From positions 151,113-215,112 of the forward strand of contig CP066697.1 of assembly GCA_016432625.1 (NCBI GenBank): DNA of 64,000 nt. Direction: 5' to 3'. The notes under the pieces are model-generated. The model ran no database searches, had not been told where the DNA came from, and worked only from the letters and a program-made list of their open reading frames with translations. Of the stretch, positions 55,754 to 64,000 are shown in pieces. The DNA is from Candidatus Berkelbacteria bacterium. Its GTDB lineage: Bacteria > Patescibacteriota > UBA1384 > 2-12-FULL-50-11. The position numbers were made by a program, and so were the translations under genes. How positions within the stretch are numbered: the first letter of the stretch is position 1; each line of letters opens with the position of its first letter.

Positions 55754-55774
55754 GCCCCCGTAGCTCAGTGGATT
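55754..55774 (+). repeat. Partial duplicate of the tRNA-Arg 5' end (GCCCCCGTAGCTCAGTGGATT), 80 nt upstream of the gene
   Basis: Identical 21-mer at 55754-55774 and 55834-55854. The copy lacks anticodon and T-arms. Confidence 0.6.
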
Positions 55775-55833
55775 TTACGCGCTAGCGCTTCAATCCCCTT
55801 CGCTACTTCGGCAAAATGAAACAATAGTATTCT

Positions 55834-55907
55834 GCCCCCGTAGCTCAGTGGATTAGAGCGGGACGGTTCTAACGTCAAGGTCGCAGGTTCGAATCCTGCC
55901 GGGGGTA
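55834..55907 (+). tRNA. tRNA-Arg (anticodon TCT)
   Basis: GCCCCCG-TA-GCTCAGTGGATTAGAGC-G-GGACG-GTTCTAA-CGTCA-AGGTC-GCAGG-TTCGAAT-CCTGC-CGGGGGT-A. One G·A mismatch in the anticodon stem and a G1·U72 wobble. Confidence 0.7.
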
Positions 55908-55955
55908 CTACTTCTACTTGACAAGCTCGGCATTTCCCCCGATTGTAGTGTGTAG

Positions 55956-57005
55956 ATGGAGGGAAGTGTGAACGCCCGCAAACTGGTTATATACGGAGGG
56001 GTTATTTTCTTGTCGTTGACAACGATATTTGCCGTGATTGCCAACAGTAGCCTTTATCGCGCTCAGGTTGCCCTCGAAGAGCCTTGTATCGCCGAGACTG
56101 ACGTTAATGGCGACGGTTTAATCAATAACGACGATTGTACTGGCGGCGGGGGCGGTAACGTTGAGCCTTGTCCTGAGCCCATTCCTGTTGAAGAGGGTAC
56201 GGCAATTACACAAACGGTCCCGAAAGAGTGTGAGGAGGATCCGGTTTGTGAGCCTGACCCACCATTTGATACCGCATTCGAGGGCCACACAATTGGAGCG
56301 TTCGGCAGCGGCGGTAGCGGTGCAAATCAAATTACTCAGCCGCTCAGCACACTACTTGGCGTTGACGCAGCGCTTGCCCAGTCCGGTGGCAGCCAACTGA
56401 GCGAAAGCCGCAAGTTCGAAGAAAAGGCTAAGCAGTTGATACTGCAGTCCTGGGATGAAGTAAAATTCCGCTATGACCGCACGTTGTTGATTCTGCGAAA
56501 TCCGTCCGACTGGTTCAATAATCAATCTAACTTGAATCGTTTTGCCTCTACTTTCTCTAGCGAGATTACCGAAGTTATGACCGACCCGACGCTACCTTAT
56601 TACGAACGTTGGCGTGCCGCCCAGCAGGCTGCGCCGGACGCGTTCAAGCGAGCGATGGAGCAGTTTGCTTATGGTAAAAAGGACAAACATGCGGAAGGAC
56701 ACGTTAAGGTGCCTGACAACGATAACCCATGGAAACTTGACGTTGAGCCAAACTGGTCCGAGTTCGTGACCTCAGGACTACGTAACTTAGAGTTACATGC
56801 AGATGTTTACAACTGGGTTGGCAGTAATAGCGGCTCCTATACGAAATGTGACGCTGACTTTGGGTTCGCTTCTGGCAATAGCTCCAACAGGTTCAAAGGG
56901 CTTAAGCTTAATATTGAACATGGCAGTAATACAACACTCTTCCGTGCCTCAGTTGGCTGGAATCACGGTTTGACCTTCGGGGCGTTCTACCAGAAGTCGT
57001 TCTAA
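55956..57005 (+). CDS. Secreted hypothetical protein with a dockerin/EF-hand-like Ca-binding motif (DVNGDGLINNDDC) and a Gly-rich linker
   Basis: N-terminal hydrophobic signal/anchor. Single DxNGDGxIN motif. No further assignment. Confidence 0.5.
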   Translation: MEGSVNARKLVIYGGVIFLSLTTIFAVIANSSLYRAQVALEEPCIAETDVNGDGLINNDDCTGGGGGNVEPCPEPIPVEEGTAITQTVPKECEEDPVCEPDPPFDTAFEGHTIGAFGSGGSGANQITQPLSTLLGVDAALAQSGGSQLSESRKFEEKAKQLILQSWDEVKFRYDRTLLILRNPSDWFNNQSNLNRFASTFSSEITEVMTDPTLPYYERWRAAQQAAPDAFKRAMEQFAYGKKDKHAEGHVKVPDNDNPWKLDVEPNWSEFVTSGLRNLELHADVYNWVGSNSGSYTKCDADFGFASGNSSNRFKGLKLNIEHGSNTTLFRASVGWNHGLTFGAFYQKSF

Positions 57006-57076
57006 ACAAACTTAAAACGACAAAAGCCGCTGGCGTTATTCACGCTGGCGGCTTTTGGTATTTACTCAGCTGGTCG

Positions 57077-57751
57077 TCAGTTAACGACGTCAAGCCTCGT
57101 GATCCGGAGCTTGCCATCGACCTTGCCGAAGCGAAGGTCTAGACCGAACGACATGCCAGGGCGTGGCCCTTTGGCATCGCGCGAGGTCATCTTGACCTTG
57201 ACACCGTGTTTGGTGAGCTCGTAGGCCTCGAAGTTCTTAATGCCCTCCTCGTTGCCGTTCAAGCTGCCTCGCTCCTTGAGAAACTCAATTCGTTCGGCTA
57301 GATATTCCGGCCAAGCCGGATGATCTGGTCCCTTGACGATCGCAGTCGGGTCGCTACCCGATTGGGCTGTCTCGACGAAGTACTTCGCGAGCGCCAACCG
57401 GGAATCGAGCAGCTTTCCCGAGGCCTCAGCGACGAGCGGCAGCTTGCCGCCGGCCGAGACTTTCAGGCTGAGCTCGAAGCCCGCTTTGTCGAACTTTTGG
57501 GCGTCGTTAACGGCTCGGAAGTTGGTTAGACCATCGGCATCGGAGCGATAGAGGGTAACGTTGCCGTCGGTGCAAAAGGCTTTGAAGTCCTTGAGCGCCT
57601 GTTGCAACCCCACCTGGTTCCGGCCGTCGGTCGTTACCATGAGTAGGGCTTCGGCTGGGTCCTTCTGGGCCCGGGCGACGAAGTCGTCGAGTTGGTCGGC
57701 GCTTGTCAGACACGCAGTTGCAAGCAAAAGAAGTGCGAAAAGATGTTTCAT
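57077..57751 (-). CDS. Secreted hypothetical protein
   Basis: Signal peptide MKHLFALLLLATACLTSA. 224 aa. Confidence 0.5.
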   Translation of the reverse strand: MKHLFALLLLATACLTSADQLDDFVARAQKDPAEALLMVTTDGRNQVGLQQALKDFKAFCTDGNVTLYRSDADGLTNFRAVNDAQKFDKAGFELSLKVSAGGKLPLVAEASGKLLDSRLALAKYFVETAQSGSDPTAIVKGPDHPAWPEYLAERIEFLKERGSLNGNEEGIKNFEAYELTKHGVKVKMTSRDAKGPRPGMSFGLDLRFGKVDGKLRITRLDVVN

Positions 57752-57833
57752 CTGATCCTCCTGAGGGAAACGTGCGCTAATTTTAACCGAACGCTAACCG
57801 TAGATCAATGATAACGAGGCCAATTTTGGTGGA

Positions 57834-58319
57834 TCAAATTTTAATGAGTGTGCCGACAAAAACCGCCACCGCTATTACAACGGCACCGATCAGGGTGATT
57901 TTGATGGCGCCGCGCAGCGGGTGGTGATGCACGAAATAACCCTTAAAGAGGCCGACGCAAAACAGGGCGAAGAGACTAGCGCCGATCGACCAATAGAAAG
58001 CCATCATGGTGTTGTCGAAAATTATATAGGGTAATAGTGGGATTAAACCGATTAGGGCGTAAGAAAAGAGCATAACGATCGCATCGCTAAGTTGGTTCTC
58101 TTTTTCTGCCGGGTCAAGTTCTTTCTCGGAATCCTCGGAGATATAAACTCCAGCTCCCATAGAGATAGCCTCGACCATAATTAGAATTACGCCGCTTAAA
58201 ATAATTTCGCGCGACGGAAGACCTGCGAAGCTAACGCCGGAAAGCAGTCCGACCGTTGAAACCAAGCCGTCTTCGGCTCCGAAGACGAAGTTACGCAGGA
58301 AACCTTTGGAGCCCTTCAT
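57834..58319 (-). CDS. VIT1/CCC1-family (DUF125) putative iron/manganese transporter
   Basis: FGAEDGLVSTVGLLSGV motif plus ~4 TM helices. Start set at the ATG at 58319. Confidence 0.55.
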   Translation of the reverse strand: MKGSKGFLRNFVFGAEDGLVSTVGLLSGVSFAGLPSREIILSGVILIMVEAISMGAGVYISEDSEKELDPAEKENQLSDAIVMLFSYALIGLIPLLPYIIFDNTMMAFYWSIGASLFALFCVGLFKGYFVHHHPLRGAIKITLIGAVVIAVAVFVGTLIKI

Positions 58320-58323
58320 AAAC

Positions 58324-58893
58324 CTATTGTAACGCAATTGTCCCGGCCGTGCCGGCCGGGACAATGATCGGGGTCTTATCGACGCTCTCTAAGCGCCAGA
58401 TTTCATCTGTGGGCTTGCCGGGAAGCTTCTTCCAGCGCAACCGCCACTCAAAGCCTTTCAGCTCTAAGCCTACGGGAATGACACCCTCCGGATAGCGGAA
58501 TCGGACGATCACGAGATCCTGAGTGTCATTCTTCTTGTCACCCATAACGAGCTCGTAGCTGATCGTTTTGCCTTTGAGGGAGGGGTTGCGTTCGAGCTCA
58601 GTCCATCCCTGGGCGAAGTCCTTGATGAAGTAGACGCGCCGTTCCTCTCGGAGACGGTCAAACTCGGTCTCGATGAGCTGGGGATCGAAATACACCATAT
58701 TCTTGACGGCGTCGTAGCCGTCTTTTAGGGTGCCAATAGGCGTTTCCCGACCAACGGCGCGAGTTTTCTCGATCATGACCCGCGTGAGGTTAACCCGAAT
58801 GTCCTCGGAAGGATTCATCGGGAACAACGATGTCGAAGCGTCGGCACAACCTAGGGTTGCAACGACGATAAATGGAAGAACGAATAGTCGCAT
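58324..58893 (-). CDS. Secreted/lipoprotein-like hypothetical protein
   Basis: MRLFVLPFIVVATLGC signal with Cys (possible lipobox). Confidence 0.45.
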   Translation of the reverse strand: MRLFVLPFIVVATLGCADASTSLFPMNPSEDIRVNLTRVMIEKTRAVGRETPIGTLKDGYDAVKNMVYFDPQLIETEFDRLREERRVYFIKDFAQGWTELERNPSLKGKTISYELVMGDKKNDTQDLVIVRFRYPEGVIPVGLELKGFEWRLRWKKLPGKPTDEIWRLESVDKTPIIVPAGTAGTIALQ

Positions 58894-58964
58894 ATTTGCC
58901 TCCGTGCAACGAATGCCTGACAATTTTCGACTAATTTTAAGCGCAAATCAAGAGGCTGGGTTCT

Positions 58965-59930
58965 TTACTTACGGCCAACGTAGGCGACAACGTTACCGCG
59001 TGGGATGGCGCGCTTGGTAACAACGGCCCAACCGGCGAAGTTCATCTCTGAAACATAGACGTATTGGGCGTCGAATCCTTCAACGTAGGCGACGTGTCCA
59101 ACGGGCGATTCCCAAGTTACAGCCACGTCTCCGACAGCTGGTGAGGATTTGACAGGAATGCCGTTTAAGCGGGCATAAGCAGGGTACTGGCCGCCATTGC
59201 CCATCTTTGCCGGCAAGTCAGGACGCTTGTATTTGACCCAGTTGGTGCATTGGCCACGGAAAGCGCCGTTAGTTGGCAGATTGGTAAATTTGCCAACCAC
59301 AGTGTAATCGCCGTAGCTTGCCACTCTAGTACCCCCGCTTCGCGGGGTTGTAGTTCGCTGGTTGCGCTGTAGGCGACGCTGCTTTTCTAGCTCAGCCTGA
59401 CGCGCGGCTTCGCGTTCCTTTTCCTTAATGGCGTTCAATTCGTCTAGCCATGCGAGTGAGGTTGAATCTGGTTTCTCGCTGGACGGAATAAGAATCTCGG
59501 TGCCCGGCTTAATCTTCTCAATATCAGCCACGGCAATGTTGTTGGTCTCTATAAGCTGAGCAACGGTAGTGTTATAGCGACCAGCGATGCCCATCAAGCT
59601 ATCGCCCTTCTCTACGGTATAAGAAAAAGCGTAAAGCTGTTGAACTTCACCAGTAAGAATGGTTTGGCCGATAAAGAGTTGCGGCTTGCCGACAAAACCA
59701 GCGGCTTGCGCCTCGATCTGCTCGTCGATGATTGAAGAGGCGTAAAAGTTCGGGTCGTAGGCCTGGCCTTCCCCAACTGAAAAGGTTAGAAAGACCAAAA
59801 TAAACGAGCCGAAGCTAAGCTGTGTCGAGTAACGGCGGATAAATTTTCGGACGCGCTTGGTTTGTGGCCTGGCAAGATATGACCTCAGAAACAGCCGGCT
59901 GTTGTCGGCACCGTTAATAAGCCGGTTCAA
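58965..59930 (-). CDS. Peptidoglycan hydrolase with LysM and CHAP domains
   Basis: LysM: YTVEKGDSLMGIAGRYNTTVAQLIETNNI. CHAP: GQCTNWVKYKR...GHVAYVEG (Cys/His catalytic pair). Confidence 0.75.
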   Translation of the reverse strand: MNRLINGADNSRLFLRSYLARPQTKRVRKFIRRYSTQLSFGSFILVFLTFSVGEGQAYDPNFYASSIIDEQIEAQAAGFVGKPQLFIGQTILTGEVQQLYAFSYTVEKGDSLMGIAGRYNTTVAQLIETNNIAVADIEKIKPGTEILIPSSEKPDSTSLAWLDELNAIKEKEREAARQAELEKQRRLQRNQRTTTPRSGGTRVASYGDYTVVGKFTNLPTNGAFRGQCTNWVKYKRPDLPAKMGNGGQYPAYARLNGIPVKSSPAVGDVAVTWESPVGHVAYVEGFDAQYVYVSEMNFAGWAVVTKRAIPRGNVVAYVGRK

Positions 59931-60100
59931 TATTGGCTCTAAATGTCTGGAAAGTTTTTTTAGTCGAAGTTGTAGCGAATGAAATGTATCAGCAAGGATA
60001 CGAATCTGCCTCCTTTTGGTGAGACGAGACCCAGTTTACCGGTTATGACTTTTCTGTCAACCCCCAGCTAAGCTTCGCTATTAGAGGAATATACAAATGC

Positions 60101-60481
60101 CTAACGCCAGAAGTCCAGATAGAGGCCGAGCAACAAGGCGACAAACGATGAGGCGAAAATCACGACGGAATTCCACTTCTCTTTGGTGGAGCGCAGGGTG
60201 CCGAAGATATAACGCAAACTACCCTTATCCGTTTCTGTTAGGTCTAGGCTTTCGATCTTTTTCTCTAAGTCATTCTCGACAATCAAGCGCGCACGGGTTT
60301 GAGAAATCTGGTAGCGGTGCAAGAAGTAGATAATAAAGCCGATCGTACCGATGTACCAGGTTAGTTGGACTAACTCTCGGTCGCTGATGATAACAATCGA
60401 ACGATAGGCGAGTGTGGCGACGATCCCGCAAAGAAAAAATAAATAACGGACAAAATTAGAGTGAGGCTTGGGGGCTTCCAT
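60101..60481 (-). CDS. Hypothetical membrane protein (3 TM helices)
   Basis: 126-aa hydrophobic ORF. Confidence 0.4.
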   Translation of the reverse strand: MEAPKPHSNFVRYLFFLCGIVATLAYRSIVIISDRELVQLTWYIGTIGFIIYFLHRYQISQTRARLIVENDLEKKIESLDLTETDKGSLRYIFGTLRSTKEKWNSVVIFASSFVALLLGLYLDFWR

Positions 60482-60565
60482 ATATCTAATTTAGACATAA
60501 ATTATCGGTTGGCCTAGTCTTGTGTTGTTTAGCCGCCGTTGGCCGCCTGAGCAGTATGATAGCGA

Positions 60566-61087
60566 TCAGGCATTCTGACGACAGAGCTTGATAGCTTCGG
60601 TTATCTCTTCCTCGATCCCTTCAATGCACTGGTAATCCAGGATCTCCTTATCGTTAACCCAAGCATAATCGGAAAAAGCACCCTTCTCTGGCCGGACTTT
60701 GCCGGACTTATATTCAGCGATGAAAACCGCAAACATGACGGGAATTTCATCAGGTCGGACAAACATCAAACTCTTTAGATAAGTCATCTTGTCTTTAATC
60801 TGAATCCCGGCCTCTTCGAGAACCTCTCGCTGCAGGAGTTTTTCGATCGGTCGATGAAAATTTGCTACTTCATCATTCAAGGTTCGGTCTGGATGGGTAA
60901 TGTCGAAGTCCTGGTGCTCGAGTTTGCCGCCGATCATCCCCCAAAGGCCGGGAAAAACTTTCTCTGTTTCAGCTCGTTTCAAAATTAAAACCCGCGCATC
61001 TTTGGCGCGGTAGACGACGACGTTGGCGACAAAATAGAACAGCTTCTCAGGTTTAGCGTTGTCGGTGGATATTCTTGAGGGCAGCAT
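60566..61087 (-). CDS. NUDIX hydrolase
   Basis: Nudix box GGKLEx7REVLEEAG. Confidence 0.75.
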   Translation of the reverse strand: MLPSRISTDNAKPEKLFYFVANVVVYRAKDARVLILKRAETEKVFPGLWGMIGGKLEHQDFDITHPDRTLNDEVANFHRPIEKLLQREVLEEAGIQIKDKMTYLKSLMFVRPDEIPVMFAVFIAEYKSGKVRPEKGAFSDYAWVNDKEILDYQCIEGIEEEITEAIKLCRQNA

Positions 61088-61181
61088 GAGTCAATTAATA
61101 ACCTAATTTTTTCCAGGCTACTAGCGTTGAAAACGGTCGAGATTAGCTTTACTATATACCAACCACAACCTGTGGTTTGAG

Positions 61182-61502
61182 GTGAATCTCATGCGATTTG
61201 GTAAAAAGAAGGCGCAGAATCAAGCGCCGGCCGATCCGAACCTTCCAAGTTCAGCCGATGATCCGGGCGCAACACCAGTTGCATCCAAAAGGAGCATCAG
61301 GCTGCCAAGCGTCAGACTTCCCGGTATCTACCCGACAGTCGTCGCCCTCGGCGTTGTTATCATCACGCTGACCGTCGGCGTATGCGTAGCGATAGCCACG
61401 GGAAACTCTCAGCTGGTGACGCCGCTACTCGCTCTCGACGGCGGACTCGCTGTTCTGGCGATGATCTGCTGCGTGGTCGGTGCCGCTAACGGTGCGACGT
61501 AG
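61182..61502 (+). CDS. Hypothetical small membrane protein
   Basis: 106 aa with a hydrophobic C-terminal half. Confidence 0.35.
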   Translation: MNLMRFGKKKAQNQAPADPNLPSSADDPGATPVASKRSIRLPSVRLPGIYPTVVALGVVIITLTVGVCVAIATGNSQLVTPLLALDGGLAVLAMICCVVGAANGAT

Positions 61503-61601
61503 GCTGGGCTCTAGAGACCCGGCCAATCTCTTTAGGCTGCCGCTCCCACGGCAGCCTAAAAAATATTTGCAAATACCGCCAAACCAGTTACATTAGCCTT
61601 A

Positions 61602-62024
61602 ATGACTCCTCGCCAAGTGTTGTATGCTAAAGCGGCCTTCGTAATATCCTTAGTGGCGACAATAGGCAGCTTATATTTCAGTAATGTCGCGCTCTACGCG
61701 CCGTGTGACCTTTGTTGGTACCAACGAATCGCCATCTACCCATTGTTAGCGATCGTTGGAGTTGGCCTAATAAGACATGATAACAATTTACATTTTTACG
61801 CTCTGCCGCTGCTAATGTTTGGCTTAATCGTGTCTGTCTATCAGAATTTACTCTATTACGGCATCGTCGCTGAGAGTACGGCAGTTTGCGGCTTGGGCGT
61901 ATCGTGCGCCGCTAAATACATTGAATGGCTCGGTTTTATAACAATCCCCCTGCTATCACTTATCGGATTGATTACTCTAACGGTGTTAATGTTTGCTTTC
62001 AAAAAAGAAGGAGCGACTAAATGA
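61602..62024 (+). CDS. dsbB: Disulfide bond formation protein B (DsbB/BdbC family)
   Basis: APCDLCWYQRIAIYPL (CxxC plus YQR) and four TM helices. Confidence 0.7.
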   Translation: MTPRQVLYAKAAFVISLVATIGSLYFSNVALYAPCDLCWYQRIAIYPLLAIVGVGLIRHDNNLHFYALPLLMFGLIVSVYQNLLYYGIVAESTAVCGLGVSCAAKYIEWLGFITIPLLSLIGLITLTVLMFAFKKEGATK

Positions 62025-62677
62025 GTTCTGATATGAAGTTTGTCGGTGCGATTGTAGTAGTTGCAGTTCTAGCGATCGTCGGATTTGTTATTTTTGGCAA
62101 AAACGCTAAAACCAGCGATCCCGCGGCACAGGTTGAGGCGGCCGCCTTGACTGACGCTGGCCAGCAAGTCCGTCCTGATTCATACAAAAAAGGTATCGAA
62201 AACGGCAAGGTGATCGTAGTTGAGTGGGGAGATTATCAGTGCCCAGCCTGCCAAGCGGCAGATACCGAAGTAACGCAGATAGTTAGCGATTTTGCCGACC
62301 GCATTACATTTGTTTTCCGCCATTTCCCGTTGCCTAACCATAAATTCTCACAACTTACGGCGACTGCCGTTGAGGCAGCAGGGGCGCAAGGTAAATATTG
62401 GGAGATGCACGCCAAGCTTTATGGTAATCAAGAGGAATGGAGCACGGCTTCTACCTCAAAAGCGGTCGAACTTTTTGTCGGTTACGCTAAGGATCTTGGA
62501 ATCGACACCGAAAAGTTCCGCGCTGACTTGGTGGGACGTGTCTACAACGACAAGATCGCTCGGGATCTCGCGGACGCCGCGGCGATCGGTGTCAGTAAAA
62601 CCCCAACCTTCTTCGTTAATAGCGTCGAAGTTGGCCTGGATGGTTTGCGAACAGCAATTGAAGAGGGGTTAAAGTAA
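62021..62677 (+). CDS. dsbA: DsbA-like thiol:disulfide oxidoreductase (thioredoxin fold), membrane-anchored
   Basis: WGDYQCPACQ (CPAC active site). ATGA overlap with dsbB. Confidence 0.75.
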   Translation: MSSDMKFVGAIVVVAVLAIVGFVIFGKNAKTSDPAAQVEAAALTDAGQQVRPDSYKKGIENGKVIVVEWGDYQCPACQAADTEVTQIVSDFADRITFVFRHFPLPNHKFSQLTATAVEAAGAQGKYWEMHAKLYGNQEEWSTASTSKAVELFVGYAKDLGIDTEKFRADLVGRVYNDKIARDLADAAAIGVSKTPTFFVNSVEVGLDGLRTAIEEGLK

Positions 62678-63454
62678 CGATCCCAACCAGCCCGAGAACA
62701 CTTGCCTAAACTCGTTGAGGTGTTTCTTTTCGTGCGGTGTGTGGCGCATGCCGTTAATAACGTGAAGCTCTTTTTTGCCTGGCAGTTTTCCGACCAGAAT
62801 TTCTTGGTGTTCTAATGGGCAGGATTCGTCGTTACTACCGACAATAATAAGGAGTGGCATGGTGATTTTATTGGCGGAAGGCAAAACGTCGTATCTTAAG
62901 CGATCGGCCATGTGCGACCATTTGAGTTTCTTTGTAACTCCAGGCTTGGAGGTGCTTGGTTGAATCTGCCAACCGGTTCCTTGCCAAACTTTCATGCTTT
63001 CAGGATCCTTTTTGAGTAGGTAATCGTATGAAAGTTGGCCGGAAACTAATGGGGCCATCGGTGCTAAGGCCAACACATTTTCCGGATGGTCTTCGGCATA
63101 GAGTATGGAGCACATCCCGCCCAAACTATGGCCGGCTAGGATAAATGGCTGCTGATACCAGTCTTGGGTTGCAGCCCAGGTTATTACATCGTCATAATCC
63201 TCTTTGTAGTTGGTAACGGTAGCGTCTTCATAATTTCCGTCTGATTCGCCGAAACTATTTGTAGCGTCAAATCTCACCGTCGAATAGCCGTGCCGAAGCA
63301 ACTCTTCGGCAAGAACTTGGATATGCGGCTGTTCTTTAAATCCGCCCAGGCCATGCATGACGAACGCCAAGCCCTTTTGTGGCTGAGCTAGCTCAACCAG
63401 GACGGTAATCTTCTGTTCATGCCGATTGATGATGGATGCCTTCATCCCGCCCAT
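62669..63454 (-). CDS. Alpha/beta-hydrolase fold esterase/lipase
   Basis: Nucleophile elbow GHSLGG. Overall alpha/beta hydrolase organisation. Confidence 0.75.
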   Translation of the reverse strand: MGGMKASIINRHEQKITVLVELAQPQKGLAFVMHGLGGFKEQPHIQVLAEELLRHGYSTVRFDATNSFGESDGNYEDATVTNYKEDYDDVITWAATQDWYQQPFILAGHSLGGMCSILYAEDHPENVLALAPMAPLVSGQLSYDYLLKKDPESMKVWQGTGWQIQPSTSKPGVTKKLKWSHMADRLRYDVLPSANKITMPLLIIVGSNDESCPLEHQEILVGKLPGKKELHVINGMRHTPHEKKHLNEFRQVFSGWLGSLL

Positions 63455-63565
63455 CTTAGATCTGAGAGTTAGATCTGTCGACCCTTGTTACTGGGGGGAT
63501 TAGGAGTATGGTGAGACAGGTTATTGGTGTCAATTTTCGGATATCGGGAATTGAATCCTCACAAG

Positions 63566-63592
63566 AGGTCGCCCGAGAGGGCGACTTTTTGT
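63566..63592 (+). terminator. Rho-independent terminator hairpin (GTCGCCCGAGAGGGCGAC followed by TTTTTGT) with no annotated upstream + strand gene
   Basis: Perfect 7-bp stem with a GAGA loop, followed by a T-run. Confidence 0.5.
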
Positions 63593-63781
63593 AAGCAGCA
63601 TAATTCGGGTACTAAAGATGGACTTTTGGGAAGCTTCGTGCTACGATTGCATAACTTTATGTGATTCCTGGCCACAATTCAGGACTAAGTAAAGCAAATA
63701 TTGCTTTCGGATTGTTGCCCCACAAATAATAGGCGGCACTACTGTCTGGGAGCCCAAACAGTAGAAAGGCTGTAATTATAA

Positions 63782-64000
63782 ATGAATAGTCATATTAAAA
63801 ACCGCAGTCGCGGTTTCAATCGCTTGCGAAGTTTCGGTGGTCGTACGCGACCTGCGAAAACTTCTCGAGTCAACTCGTCAATGTACATCAACAAGGCTGT
63901 TGATGTACCGGACCAAGTAAATGAACCAATCGTCCATCGCTTTGAGGACTTCCAGTTAGCGGAACGGATCGTTGAACGCGTTAAAGCACGCGGTTTCACG
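63782..64000 (+). CDS. DEAD-box RNA helicase, N-terminal fragment (continues beyond the window)
   Basis: Arg-rich N-terminal extension followed by a Q-motif-like FEDFQLAERIVERVKARGFT (F-x-D-x-L-x-x-x-I-x-x-L-x-x-x-GF). Confidence 0.5.
   Translation, partial: MNSHIKNRSRGFNRLRSFGGRTRPAKTSRVNSSMYINKAVDVPDQVNEPIVHRFEDFQLAERIVERVKARGFT

Overview
Dense bacterial chromosomal window of about 55% GC with an AT-richer stretch at roughly 20.0-24.0 kb. It has a compact, streamlined-genome character, including a short AlaRS without a C-Ala domain and a split ComEC. About 70 protein-coding genes are supported. The protein-coding content includes: cell-division/chaperone genes (ftsA-like, dnaK, grpE, a J-domain protein); housekeeping enzymes (alaS, miaA, trxB, recG, ruvC, yebC, comM/yifB, yvcK, secG, an ruvX fragment); competence genes (comEA, comEC); ABC transporters; a sugar-metabolism cluster (GT4, an unassigned 344-aa protein, Gfo/Idh/MocA, GH94 phosphorylase); a second glycan cluster (PLP enzyme, GGDEF, GH130, processive GT2); a type-IV prepilin-like gene followed by three tandem secreted Cys-rich paralogs; and a DsbB/DsbA pair. 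Nine tRNAs were found by hand-folding: Leu-GAG, Leu-CAG, Cys-GCA, Gly-GCC, Lys-TTT, Leu-TAG, Glu-TTC, Val-GAC and Arg-TCT. A tmRNA (ssrA) is also present. No rRNA, CRISPR array, transposase or integrase was seen. The most notable observation is a gene encoding an XRE-type HTH fused to an Hsp20/alpha-crystallin domain. The same 18-bp inverted repeat (TGTAAAG-N4-CTTTACA) overlaps the -10 or -35 box of its own promoter, the dnaK promoter, and the intergenic region between a J-domain gene and a ybjQ-like gene. This suggests a previously undescribed autoregulated heat-shock repressor and regulon. Other points: the normally adjacent grpE and dnaK are separated by two opposite-strand unknown genes; tRNA-Lys and tRNA-Glu are each followed by partial T-arm/3'-end copies carrying homologous ~50-nt inserts with hairpin covariation; and the GH94 gene lies in-frame with the upstream gene across a single TAA, with no canonical start for its conserved N-terminus.
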